A stretch of DNA of 64,000 nt from an uncultured delta proteobacterium (GTDB lineage: Bacteria > Myxococcota_A > Polyangia > Polyangiales > Polyangiaceae): assembly GCA_963696385.1 (NCBI GenBank), contig CAVOKF010000005.1:352001-416000 (forward strand), read 5' to 3'. Shown here in pieces: positions 51,733-62,540 of the stretch. A model generated the notes under the pieces. The model was given only the letters and a program-made list of their open reading frames with translations. It had not been told where the DNA came from and did no database searches. Made by a program: the position numbers and the translations under genes. Every line of letters starts with the position of its first letter. Within the stretch, counting starts at the first letter, position 1.

Positions 51733-53201
51733 AGAGCGACCAATCCAATCCCCCGGATGTGCGTGCGAGTGCTCCGGACGCGGGGGGGGGCGCGAGACGC
51801 ACGAACGGCGCCCCCCCGATCGCTGGCGACCGCCGGGCCGTGCGCGCGGTGGACGAGGCGAACGCCGGCCCGCCGGCCGAACTCGAGACGGCAAAGCGTT
51901 CGCGCCTGCTGCGACTCGTCTACTGGGTGACTTGGTTCGGTCTGCTTCCGACCGTGCTCGCCTCGCTCACGATTTGGTTGCTTTCGCCCGCCGGCGGCGG
52001 CGAGCCGAACGGAGCGCTCGCGTGGATTCAGTCGACCGTCCGCTCGCAGCCGGTACCCGTCGGGATCGTCCTCTTCACCTTGTTCGAGATCGCCCTTTGG
52101 GCCGTCCGTCACGAGCTGCCGTTCGCTCGACATGCACATCCGCCGCAGCGTTCCGACTTGCCGCCACGCCTCCGGGTGACCTTCGAACGGGCCCGGAGTC
52201 TGCTCGACGAAGCCGACATGATTTTGGCAAAGCACGGGGGTGCACTCGCTCGCGAGCTGACGGCGAAGGAGCGCGAACGGCTGCAGTCCGAGCTCGATAC
52301 TCTACGCGAGACGATGGCGCGCGTGCCGTTCGAAGAGCACGAATTCATTGACGCACTCGCCCGCGCCGACGGTGAAATCGACATTCGCCTCGGCCGCTGG
52401 CGCAAGAGCGAGGTGCGCGAATACCTCGAGGCCATTTTCATGGCGGTCGCCGTTGCGTTCGCGCTGCGCGCCTTCGTCATCGAAGCGTTCAAGATCCCGA
52501 GCGGTTCGATGATTCCGACGTTGATGATCGGGGACCACATTTTCGTCAATAAGTTCATCTATGGACCGGCCGTCCCATTCACGCATGCACGACTGTGGAC
52601 GAGCATGCCGCCGAGCCGCGGAGACGTCATGGTCTTCGAGTTTCCGGAGCATCCGGAGCAGGATTTCATCAAGCGAGTTATCGCCATAGAAGGCGACAAG
52701 CTCGAGGCGCGGAGCGGTCACCCGATCATCAACGGGTGGGAAGTTCCGAGCTGTCGCGTCGGCTCATGGGCATACAGCGATTACGACGCGCCGATTGCGC
52801 GTCACGAGGGGGAGCTGTTCGTCGAGTATCTGGGCGGCGTGTCGTTTTTGACATTTTACGATCATTCGTCGGGCATGTTTCCCGAATACCAGGGCCCGTA
52901 CTTCGCCAAGAAGGGCGAAGTATGGGTCATGGGCGACAACCGGAACAACAGCCACGACTCGCGCATGTGGTTCGGCGGTCAGGGTGGGGGGGTTCCTTTC
53001 GACAACATCAAGGGACGCGCCCTGTTCGTGTGGTTGAGCTACAGCGACAACGGCGTCGACTGGTCGCGCGAGGGCGCGCCGGTCATGGGTCGACCGAGAT
53101 TGCCCCCGTCGGCACTCTCGCTGCTGCCTGAGTTCGAGCGGTGCCTGAAGAGCCGTCCGGCCGTAACGACACCGCCAGCGGCCTTGGGTGGGCTCCGGTG
53201 A
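51729..53201 (+). CDS. lepB: Signal peptidase I with long N-terminal extension
   Basis: IPSGSMIPTL (Ser), DFIKRV (Lys), MGDNRNNSHDSR. Confidence 0.92.
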   Translation: MKSDQSNPPDVRASAPDAGGGARRTNGAPPIAGDRRAVRAVDEANAGPPAELETAKRSRLLRLVYWVTWFGLLPTVLASLTIWLLSPAGGGEPNGALAWIQSTVRSQPVPVGIVLFTLFEIALWAVRHELPFARHAHPPQRSDLPPRLRVTFERARSLLDEADMILAKHGGALARELTAKERERLQSELDTLRETMARVPFEEHEFIDALARADGEIDIRLGRWRKSEVREYLEAIFMAVAVAFALRAFVIEAFKIPSGSMIPTLMIGDHIFVNKFIYGPAVPFTHARLWTSMPPSRGDVMVFEFPEHPEQDFIKRVIAIEGDKLEARSGHPIINGWEVPSCRVGSWAYSDYDAPIARHEGELFVEYLGGVSFLTFYDHSSGMFPEYQGPYFAKKGEVWVMGDNRNNSHDSRMWFGGQGGGVPFDNIKGRALFVWLSYSDNGVDWSREGAPVMGRPRLPPSALSLLPEFERCLKSRPAVTTPPAALGGLR

Positions 53202-53249
53202 GCCTCGGGTCCCCTGGACGGTCGAGCACGCGCGGCGCACATTGAAGGC

Positions 53250-53477
53250 ATGTGGGCAGGTCTTCGGGCGGCTGGAGGCGGCCTAGCACTGGGCTTGGCG
53301 TTCGGGTGCGGCGCGGCGCAAAGCGCGGCGCAGCGTGATCCGATGCATTGCGAGCGCGATCCCACGTGCGCTCGGTCGCGCGGCGCATACTCCGACTGCT
53401 CCCAGCAGTGCGCCGACAATCCGGAATGCGTCGACCGGTGTCGCGAAGCGCAGATGGACCGCGGACTCGGGCATTGA
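53250..53477 (+). CDS. Small Cys-rich lipoprotein (75 aa)
   Basis: Lipobox AFG-C plus six further Cys. TGATG coupling to the next gene. Confidence 0.7.
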   Translation: MWAGLRAAGGGLALGLAFGCGAAQSAAQRDPMHCERDPTCARSRGAYSDCSQQCADNPECVDRCREAQMDRGLGH

Positions 53478-54640
53478 TGGATCGATCGCCGAGCCCGGGT
53501 GCGGTGTGTTGGCGCGGGGCGCGCCTCGCGCGCATCGCGTTCGTCGCCGCGCTACCGAGCGCCGGTTGCTCGTCGGGCGCGAGCACGACGCCGGACGTGC
53601 TGATGGGCGATGGTGCTGCGTCCCAGACACTCTCGGCATTGTGCTCTTTGGATGCGTCCGACGGCACCTCGTGCCTGACCGGATCGTGCGTCACGGCGGC
53701 CTTCTCGGCGCCTGCGACGGCCGTGTCCGTCGGGCTTTTCGCCGCTGTGCCGCTCGGGCAGGAACCGATCGCCCAGGAGCTTTTAGGCGCGGACGGAACC
53801 TGGTCCTTCGATACCTCGATGCTCGCGCCGGGGCCGCAATGGTCGCACTACTACGTGGAGATCTCGGCGCAGTTCGGTCTTGCCGGGACCTTGACCCGCG
53901 TCATCGGCCCGCTATCGGTCTCTTCCGTGGGCGGTCCCGCTACGGTGCGGTTGCAGCCCGCGCACGTCGAAGTGCTCGAATCGCGTGCGGCAGAGGGCGG
54001 TTCGATGCAGTTTCGCTCCGCGTCGGCGCACGTTTTCGATCCGAAGACCGGCGCAGAGATCACCGACGGCACGGCGGTCGTTGCAATCGGGGTGGGCGCA
54101 ACGTCCGTTCCGATGCCGTGGGACGCGAACGCCAAGGCATACGACGTCACGTCTTCGCCGTCGCTCGACGCTCAGCCGACGTACTCCATGACTCTTTTGC
54201 ATCCCGCGCTCGGTCCGACGCCGATCACGCTCGAACTCGTTGCCGACCTGACGACGTTGAACGGCGCCATCACGTCGCCCGCCGCGGACGCGATCGTCGA
54301 CGCAGGGCCCATCGAGATCGCGTGGCAGCCGGAAACGGCTGCAGATTTCGTGCAAGTGGACATCTTCCAGCCGACCGACGCCCAAGCCGGCGACGGCGGC
54401 GTCGGGGACGCTGCCCCTGACTGGGATCCGAATCCGGTCTACGCGTCCCCGACAGCCGATGATGCGAACGCGACAGTGGAGGTCGTTCCGGCGGGGACGT
54501 TGACGCAATGGGGTCCAGCACTCATCAACGTCGTTTACACACTCGCGACGTGTCCGGCGACGGCGGACGGTTGCGTCTATTCCGGCACGGTCTTTGCGGA
54601 GACGATCAACGTCGTCGGGCCCGACGGTGGCGAACCCTGA
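53477..54640 (+). CDS. Hypothetical lipoprotein
   Basis: Signal-like segment ending SAG-C, acidic beta-rich body. Confidence 0.7.
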   Translation: MDRSPSPGAVCWRGARLARIAFVAALPSAGCSSGASTTPDVLMGDGAASQTLSALCSLDASDGTSCLTGSCVTAAFSAPATAVSVGLFAAVPLGQEPIAQELLGADGTWSFDTSMLAPGPQWSHYYVEISAQFGLAGTLTRVIGPLSVSSVGGPATVRLQPAHVEVLESRAAEGGSMQFRSASAHVFDPKTGAEITDGTAVVAIGVGATSVPMPWDANAKAYDVTSSPSLDAQPTYSMTLLHPALGPTPITLELVADLTTLNGAITSPAADAIVDAGPIEIAWQPETAADFVQVDIFQPTDAQAGDGGVGDAAPDWDPNPVYASPTADDANATVEVVPAGTLTQWGPALINVVYTLATCPATADGCVYSGTVFAETINVVGPDGGEP

Positions 54641-54706
54641 TCGGTCGCGTTAGGCGCACGAGCGTGGATCGGCATCGAGATCGGGCCCGCGGCACGGTCC
54701 GGGTGC

Positions 54707-56107
54707 TCACCAATCGAGTCGAAAGTGAATCGACTTTGGCCGCGTCAACGCTTGGTAGCCGATCGCGCTGAGGCTGACGCCGCGCCCCGAGTCCTTCCAC
54801 CCGCTCCAAGGCAGTGCCGGATCGAGGTAGTCGCAGCGGTTCATGAACACGGTTCCGCACTCGAGTGCCCGCGCGAAACGCGCTGCACGGTCGCGATCGC
54901 TTGTCCATACGCTCGCCGTGAGGCCCAAACGCGAATCGTTCATTTTCGCGATGGCCTCCTCGTCCGAATCGACCGGCATGAGCGGCAGAATCGGCCCGAA
55001 GGACTCTCGCTGGAACAGGCGCATCGAGTGATCGGCTTCGCCGACAAGCGTCGCTTCGAAGAAGCGGCCGCGGCCGTCGACGCTCGCGCGATGGCCGCCC
55101 GTGATGATGCGTGCGCCGCGCGCTCTCGCGTCCTGCACGAACTCTTCCAGCTCGGCGATGTGGTGGGGCTGCGCCATGGGACCGAGCGTCGTGCTGTCGT
55201 CTGTGGGATCGCCCATCGTATACGCACGGATGAGACACTCGGCCGCCTCGAGAAAACGGCCGTAGAGCGACCTGTGCACGTACACACGCTCGACGGCACA
55301 GCAGCTCTGGCCCGCGTTGTACAGGGCGCCATCGACCACGTTCTCGACGGTCCGGGCAAGGTCACAGTCGGCCGCAACGTACGCCGGGTCATTGCCTCCG
55401 AGTTCCAGGCACGGTTGCAGAAAACGCATCGACGTCGCCAAGACGATGCGGTGTCCTCCGAACGCGCTGCCGGTGAAGACAACGTGATCCACACGATCGT
55501 CGCCTGCCATTCGTTCGCTCGTCGCGTGGTCACAGTGAATGGCTTGGACCAAGTGTTGGGGGGCCCCCGCCTCGGCGAAGGCCAGGGCGAAATGCTCGGC
55601 GCAGAGCGGCGACCGAGGGCTGTGCTTCAGGACGATCGCGTTGCCCGCGACGATGGCCGGGACCACGCAGTTGATCGCCGTGAGCAGCGGGTAATTCCAG
55701 GCGGGCAAGTCGAGCACGACGCCGAGCGGCTCGCGCACGATGCGCCGCTCGAAGTGGGCGATCGGGGCAAGCGGCGTGTCGGCGAGCGTGGCGTCCGCGA
55801 TGGACATCATGTATCGGGCCCGGACTGCCGCGGTCTTGATTTCTCCGAGCGACTGAGCGAGCGGCTTGCCCATCATGCGGGTGATGTCGCCCGCGACGGC
55901 CTTGGCGTTCGATTCCAAGTGAGAGACGGCGCGCTCGCACAATGCCAATCGGTCGCGGAGCTCGCTCGTTCGCCACGCTCGCGCCGCGTCGCGCGCGCGT
56001 TCGAGTGTCGCGTCGACTAGATCGTCGCCCGCCAGTGCAACCGTGCACGCGGTTTCACCGGTGAAAGGATTGTCGACGACGAGGGTCCCGGCGCAATCGC
56101 GGTTCAT
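54707..56107 (-). CDS. Aldehyde dehydrogenase family protein
   Basis: PAWNYP, FTGS, LELGG, GQSCCA, ESFGP. Confidence 0.93.
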   Translation of the reverse strand: MNRDCAGTLVVDNPFTGETACTVALAGDDLVDATLERARDAARAWRTSELRDRLALCERAVSHLESNAKAVAGDITRMMGKPLAQSLGEIKTAAVRARYMMSIADATLADTPLAPIAHFERRIVREPLGVVLDLPAWNYPLLTAINCVVPAIVAGNAIVLKHSPRSPLCAEHFALAFAEAGAPQHLVQAIHCDHATSERMAGDDRVDHVVFTGSAFGGHRIVLATSMRFLQPCLELGGNDPAYVAADCDLARTVENVVDGALYNAGQSCCAVERVYVHRSLYGRFLEAAECLIRAYTMGDPTDDSTTLGPMAQPHHIAELEEFVQDARARGARIITGGHRASVDGRGRFFEATLVGEADHSMRLFQRESFGPILPLMPVDSDEEAIAKMNDSRLGLTASVWTSDRDRAARFARALECGTVFMNRCDYLDPALPWSGWKDSGRGVSLSAIGYQALTRPKSIHFRLDW

Positions 56108-56195
56108 GGGCAAATGAGCATAGCGCGCGAACCACGACTCCCGCCCGCGATCGGCGACCCGGAAGTGCACTCTGACCTGCGCGTCGAGGGGGCGC

Positions 56196-59100
56196 TCACG
56201 AGGGACCCGACCTGAGGGCGTGTCCGGTCGCAGTTTTGGCGCGCGAGAGTTTTTTCGGCTCCCCTTCGAACACGACGCGCCCGCCGTCGTCACCGGCTTC
56301 TGGGCCGAGTTCGACGACCCAGTCGGCGCAGGCGATCACGTCGGGATGATGCTCGATGACGACGAGGGTGTCGCCGCGGGCGACGAGCCGTTCGAACACC
56401 GTCAGCAGGCGGCGCACATCGGACAAGTGCAGGCCGGTCGTCGGCTCGTCGAGAACGTACACGGTCGGTTCGTGCCCCGTGCCCGCCGTGAGTTCGGCAG
56501 CCAGCTTGAGGCGCTGTGCCTCGCCCCCGGAGAGCGTATTGGATCCCTGTCCGATTTGAATGTAGCCCACTCCGAGGTCGTCGAGCGTCGCCAGGGGCCT
56601 CGCGATCTTCGGGTGGCGCGCGAAAAACTGTGCGGCATCGGCCGCCGACAGGTGGAGAACCTCGGCGATCGACAGCCCCGAGTAGCGCACTTCGAGCGTC
56701 GCCGGTTCGTACCGCGAGCCCCCACAGGCCTCGCACGGTGTGATCACGTCGGGCAGAAACGGCATTTCCGCCACGATGAGCCCTTGCCCCTCGCACGCGG
56801 GGCACCGCCCGACGCCGGTATTGAACGAGAACCGCGTCGCCGCATAGCCACGCGTCTTCGCGTCCGGCAAGGACGCGAAGAGCACTCGAATGGTGCTCCA
56901 GATTCCAAGGAACGTCGCGGGGACGGACCGGGGCGTGCGGCCAATCGGTGCCTGGTCGACCGACAGCACACGCTTCACGACGCCGTGACCGCTAAGTGCG
57001 CGATGCGGACCGGGGATGGGCGCGACGAGCTTCAGCGCACGGCGTAGCGCCGGATAGAAGACGCTTCGCACGAGCGTCGACTTGCCAGAACCACTCACCC
57101 CGGCCACGACGCACATCCGTCCGACGGGCACGCGGAAATCGACGTCCTTCAGGTTGTTCGCCCGTGCGCCCGCGAGCTCAATCCACGCGTCGGCCATCGG
57201 TCGCTTCGGCCGTTGGATGCGCGCGCTCTCCTGGAGGGCTCGGGCCGTCGGCAATCGCGGATCGGAAAGCACCTGGGCCGCGGGGCCTTCGGATACCACG
57301 TGTCCGCCGAGGCGGCCGCCGGCCGGCCCGAGGTCAATCACATGATCGGCCGCGCGGATCGTCTCGGCGTCGTGTTCGACGACGAGAACCGTCGAGCCCA
57401 TGTGGGCGAGCTGCCTCAGATTTGCGAGCAGACGGCCCGTGTCCCGAGGGTGCAACCCGATGGTTGGCTCGTCGAGGACGTAGAGCGCGCCGGTCAGCCC
57501 GCTTCCGAGCTGCGCACTCAGCCGCAGCCGCTGCATTTCGCCTCCTGACAGCGTTGCGGCCGCTCGATCGAGAGACAGATATCCGAGGCCCACCTGCTCG
57601 ACGAACGCAAGGCGACGGAGCAGCTCCGCGTGTGGAGCCCTGGCGATTTCGGCGTCCGGCCCATCGAATTGCCACGCGCGCGCTCCGGAGAGCGCCTTTG
57701 CGACCGATTGGTTCGTGAACGCCGCGTAACGCGATCCGAACAACCGTACCCCGCGTGGCACTGCGCTCAGGCGATCCCCGCCGCAATCGTCGCACTTCGC
57801 GTGCGGCCCGTCCTCTTCGAGCGCCTCGGGGCCTCCGAGGACGCCCGTCCCCTCGCACGTCGGGCAGCGGCCCTGCGGCGTGTTGAACGAAAACCAGCGC
57901 GGGTCGATCTCCGGCACGCCCGTCGCACATTTCGGACAGGTGCGCGCCGTCGAGAACATGCGTTCGGTGCCGTTGGGCTTGGCGCTCGGAGGCCCATCGG
58001 CCACCCGAAGGGCACCGTGGCCCCACGCGATGGCCCTATCGAAGGTTGGCCGATCGAGTTTCGACAGCTTGCCGTAATGCATGACGAGATCGACGGCGTG
58101 CTCGCGGGTTTTGGCGAGCTTCGGCGGGGGATCCACGGCCATGATGGCCCCGTCCACGCGGGCGGAGTGAATACCGGCGCGCGCCGCCGCCGTGAAGAGA
58201 TCGAGGTAAGTCCCTTTTCGGCCGCGCACGGCGGGCGAGTACACGGTCTTGTTCGTGCCATCGCGCGACCCGACGAGCCGATCGAACAGCGCGTCGGGGC
58301 TCAGGGGCAGGACGACCGCGTCGCACTTGGGACAATGCAGCTCGCCAAGTTTCGCGTAAATGAGCCGCAGATAGTGTGCGATCTCGGTGACGGTTGCGAC
58401 GGTCGAATTCGAGCCGCCCCGGCTCGTCCGTTGCTCGAGCGCGATCGATGGAGGGACTCCGGTGACCGAGTCGACGTCCGGCCGCGGGAGCGTCGGCAAG
58501 AACTGACGTGCGTACGGCGTCAGCGTTTCCATGAACCGGCGCTGTCCTTCCGCGAAAACGACGTCGAACGCCAGCGACGACTTGCCCGACCCGCTCGGTC
58601 CCGTCACGACGCACAACCGACCGTGGGGGATCGAGCAGGAGACGTCCTTGAGGTTGTGCTCGCGAGCGTGCGCGACGGTGATGGCGTGCGGGGCGGGGGT
58701 CGGTGTCGTCGGCGCGACCCGGGTTTCGATCGCGGTGGAGCGACGCAAGGCGGTGCCCGTCCGCGTGTCCGCTTCAGCGACCTGCTCCGGCGTGCCGACA
58801 GCCACGATCTTTCCGCCCATGGGCCCCCCGCCGGGGCCCAGATCGATCACCCAGTCGCACGCGCGAATCACGTCGAGATCGTGTTCGACGACGAGGACGC
58901 TCGCCCCTTCGTGGACGAGCGACTGCAGCGTGTCCACCACGTACGCGACGTCCTGCGCGTGCAGACCGGCGCTCGGCTCATCGACGATGAACAGCGTGCC
59001 CTTCGCCGTCTCCGAGAGACCGCGGGCCAATTTCAGTCGCTGTGCTTCGCCGCCGGACAACGTCGAAAGCGGTTGGCCCAAGGGCAGATAGCCGAGGCCC

Positions 59101-61576
59101 ACTCGGACGATCGGGTCCAGCGTGCGGCGCAAAACGTAGTCCCGAGCGTCCGGCGGGTCGAACACGGCGCAGGCTTCTTCCACGCTGATCGCGAGAACGT
59201 CCGCGATCGAGCGGCCGCAATGCCGAATGGCGAGCACCTCGGGCTTGAACCGCTTTCCGCGGCAGACGGCGCACAGCAGCTGCACGTCTGCTAGAAACTG
59301 CATCTCGACGGTCTCGTAGCCTTCTCCGGCGCACTCCTCGCACCGGCCAGCGGCGACGTTGAATGAAAAGTGCGCCGGCGTGAACCCGTGTCGCAACGCC
59401 TCGGCCTCGGCGGCGAAGCGCGCGCGGACGCGATCCCACGCCTTGACGTACGTCGCCGCATTGCCGCGCGCCGTGCGACCGAGCGGCGACTGATCGACCA
59501 GGACGACGCAGGAAAGTCGATCGACGCCGGCCAGCGAGTCGTGCTGGCCGGGTTTGGCGACGGACAGATCGCCCATCGTCCGCGCCATCGCCCGATAGAG
59601 CACGTCGTGCACGAGCGTCGACTTGCCCGAACCGCTCGGACCGGTCACGCCGCAGAGCACGCCTAAGGGAAACTCCACGTCGACGTTCGCCAAATTGTGC
59701 TCTCGCGCTCCACGCAAGTGGAGCCACGCCGTTGCGGAGCGCGGAGTGTGGGGCGCTCTTCCGGCGCCTGCCCAGGCGCGACCGGTCGGCAAGTCTTCGC
59801 GGCGGGCCAGCCCTTCGGGCGAGCCGTCGAACAGAATACGGCCGCCGTGGGCCCCGGCTCCGGGGCCCATCTCGATGACGCGGTCGCACTCGCGCACAAT
59901 CCCCGGATCGTGCTCGATGACCAGTACCGTGTTTCCCCCGCTCGCCAGATCGCGCATCACCTGAGCCAGCGCTGGGACGTCGGTCGGATGGAGCCCGACG
60001 GTCGGCTCGTCGAGGACGAAAAGTGTGCCCGTCAGTGCCGCCCCGAGCGCGGTCGTCAGGCCCGCGCGCTGTGCCTCACCCCCGGAAAGGGTCCGGGCCT
60101 GTCGGTCCATCGTGAGGTACCCGAGGCCGACCGCGTCGAGATAGCCGATGCGCGACGCGAGCTGATCCTGGACCCGCTTGCCTTGCGGATCGCGTGCGGC
60201 GTAAGCGCGGATACGCTCCAGCGCGTCACCGACGGTCAGCGCGTGCCATTCGCCCAGGTTGAGCCCGGCCACCCGGTACGCGAGCGCAGCGGAATTCAAG
60301 CGCGCGCCATGGCAGCGGTCGCATAATGCGTACTCTCGATACCGTGACAGAAGAACACGCACATGCATCTTGTAGGTTCGCGTCTCCAGCCATTCGAACC
60401 ACGCTCGCAGTCCCGGGTACTTGCCGCCACGCCAGGTCCCCTCGCCATCGACGACGAGAGCGCGCTGGGCTTCGCTCAGCGTCTCCCAGGGTCGCTCCAG
60501 GGGGATTCGCGCCTTCTTGCAAAACTTCTCCAGCACGCCGCGCTCCCACGTCGTGCTGTGGCCGTTCCAGGGCTTGATCACGCCCTGCCGGATCGACTTT
60601 TTCGGATCGGGGATGACCTTGTCCCAATCGATGGCGATGTTCCGCCCGAACCCCCGGCAGGCTTCGCAGGCTCCGAGCGGCGAATTGTAGGAAAAAAGCC
60701 CTGGACGCGGGGGATCGAAAGCGTGGGCGCAACTCGGGCAAACGAGTCCGCGGGCGACCGACGTCGTCTCGGGATGCCCGGAGGCGCGCTCGCCGTGCAC
60801 GTGGATCTCTGCCCGCCCGTGTCCGCGCGCCCACGCCGCTTCGATCGCCTCTTGCAGGCGGCCGGTCTCCTTCCGACTCACTCCGATGCGGTCGACCACG
60901 ACCTCGACACGGACGCCCGGGGCGGTCGCTTCGCTGGGAGGCACGCGGTCGATTTCCGGCAAATGACCCCGCCGACGAGGATGCGGCGGTAGCCGTCGCG
61001 CGCGAGCGTGTCGCGGAGTTCGAGGAACTGCTCGGCATCGTCGACGCGGACGCCGTACGTGACCAGTGCGCGAACGCCGGGAAGCGATTCGGAGACCCGC
61101 AGGGCCGCGGCATGGGCGGAGGTCTCGACGGCGTCGACTCCGCAATCGCCACACCGCGGAATCGCTTCTCGTGCGAAGAGAGCGGCGAGATACGGTTCGA
61201 GGTCGGCCATCGTCGCAAGGGTCGATCGGCTCGACTTGACGGGCGCGCGCCGGTCGACGGCCACGGTGGCCGCGATCGGCTCGAGCTCGTCGATCGGCGG
61301 TCGCTCGAGGCGATCGAGAAACTGCCGTGCGTACGGGCTGAAGCTCTCGACGAAGCGCCGTTGGCCTTCGGCGTACAGGGTGTCGAGCGCGAGCGACGAC
61401 TTTCCGGCCCCGCTCGGCCCGGTGATGCCGATCAGTTGGCCAGGGGAAAGACGGAGATCGACGCCCTTGAGGTTGTGCGTGCGCGCCCCGCGCAAGACCA
61501 TCGTCCGCATGCCTGAGGTGCGGGGACGTTCTTCGGAAGGCGGTCGAAGGTCGGCGGGTAAATCCGGAAACGTCAT
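56196..61576 (-). CDS. uvrA: Double-length UvrA (tandem fusion, four ABC ATPase modules), frameshift near 60958
   Basis: Four Walker A motifs, four LSGGE signatures, four DEP motifs, two AEGQRRF motifs. Split between ORFs 60878..62029 and 56196..61154. Start at 61576 or 61510. Confidence 0.88.
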
Positions 61577-61665
61577 GGGTTGCGGACTATGCCTCCGATT
61601 GATGCTCCTCGCAGCGGTTCGCGTGTGCTGGCAACCAAAACAGGCTTGACCTCGATCGGCTCGGC

Positions 61666-62349
61666 TCACCCTTCGACCGGCAGCTCGACACGAAAGGCTG
61701 CGCCGGAGTCGCCGCGCAGAAGCGCGATCGAGCCCCCGTGGGCTAGAACGATTCGCCGCGCGAGCGCTAGACCGAGCCCTGTCCCCCCCGAACGCGCGCC
61801 GACGAATGGATCGAAGACCTGCGAAGCGATCGACTCTGGCACGCCGGGGCCATCGTCCGCGACCTCGATGATGAAGCACCCGTTGCCGGCTCGTGCCCGT
61901 GTCGTCACGGTGGGCCGTCGCGGTGCGCTCGCCTGAGCGGCATTGTCGTAAATGGCGTGGAACAGTCGCGCGGCGAGCCCGGGATGGACGTAAATCTCGA
62001 GGCGCGCGGGATCGATTCGGTCGTCCCACCGCGCCGCGTCCGGTGGGATGTCGGCCCGGGCCGCCGCAAGCACGTGTTCGAGCGGCACGTTCTCCTTGCC
62101 GAGCAGATCGCCGCGTGCGAGCGCCATTACGTCGTCGACGATCGCGTGCGCCCTCCTTGCATTTTTCTCGATCTTCGCGAGATGCGGCGACGCTGCCGCG
62201 CTGTTGCCACGATCGATCTCCCTCCGCGCGACGAAGGCGGTCGACGAAATCACCAGCAGCACGTTACGCAGCTCGTGCGCCGTTTCAGCGGTGATTTCTC
62301 CCAAGGCCGCGAGCCGATCCGTTAGCTCGTCCTTCATCGAAGGATCCAC
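61666..62349 (-). CDS. Histidine kinase consisting only of HisKA and HATPase domains
   Basis: H-box AHELRN within the first ~30 residues, DDGPG, VFDPF, GTGLGL. No sensor or TM region. Confidence 0.85.
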   Translation of the reverse strand: MDPSMKDELTDRLAALGEITAETAHELRNVLLVISSTAFVARREIDRGNSAAASPHLAKIEKNARRAHAIVDDVMALARGDLLGKENVPLEHVLAAARADIPPDAARWDDRIDPARLEIYVHPGLAARLFHAIYDNAAQASAPRRPTVTTRARAGNGCFIIEVADDGPGVPESIASQVFDPFVGARSGGTGLGLALARRIVLAHGGSIALLRGDSGAAFRVELPVEG

Positions 62350-62540
62350 GGGGACCAGCGTACCGGCGAGCAGACGGCACGGCCATGGCGCGCGCTCGTC
62401 GGATCCCGAGCAAAACGGCGCCAGGGGTGATAGAAGACAGAACCCGCAGGGTCTCGCACTGCGAGTTGTGGCGCGGTTGGGCTTTGGCCGTGGTTCGAAA
62501 CGGCGTACGTTTCACTTCGAGGTCGCCCACGGGCTCCTAC

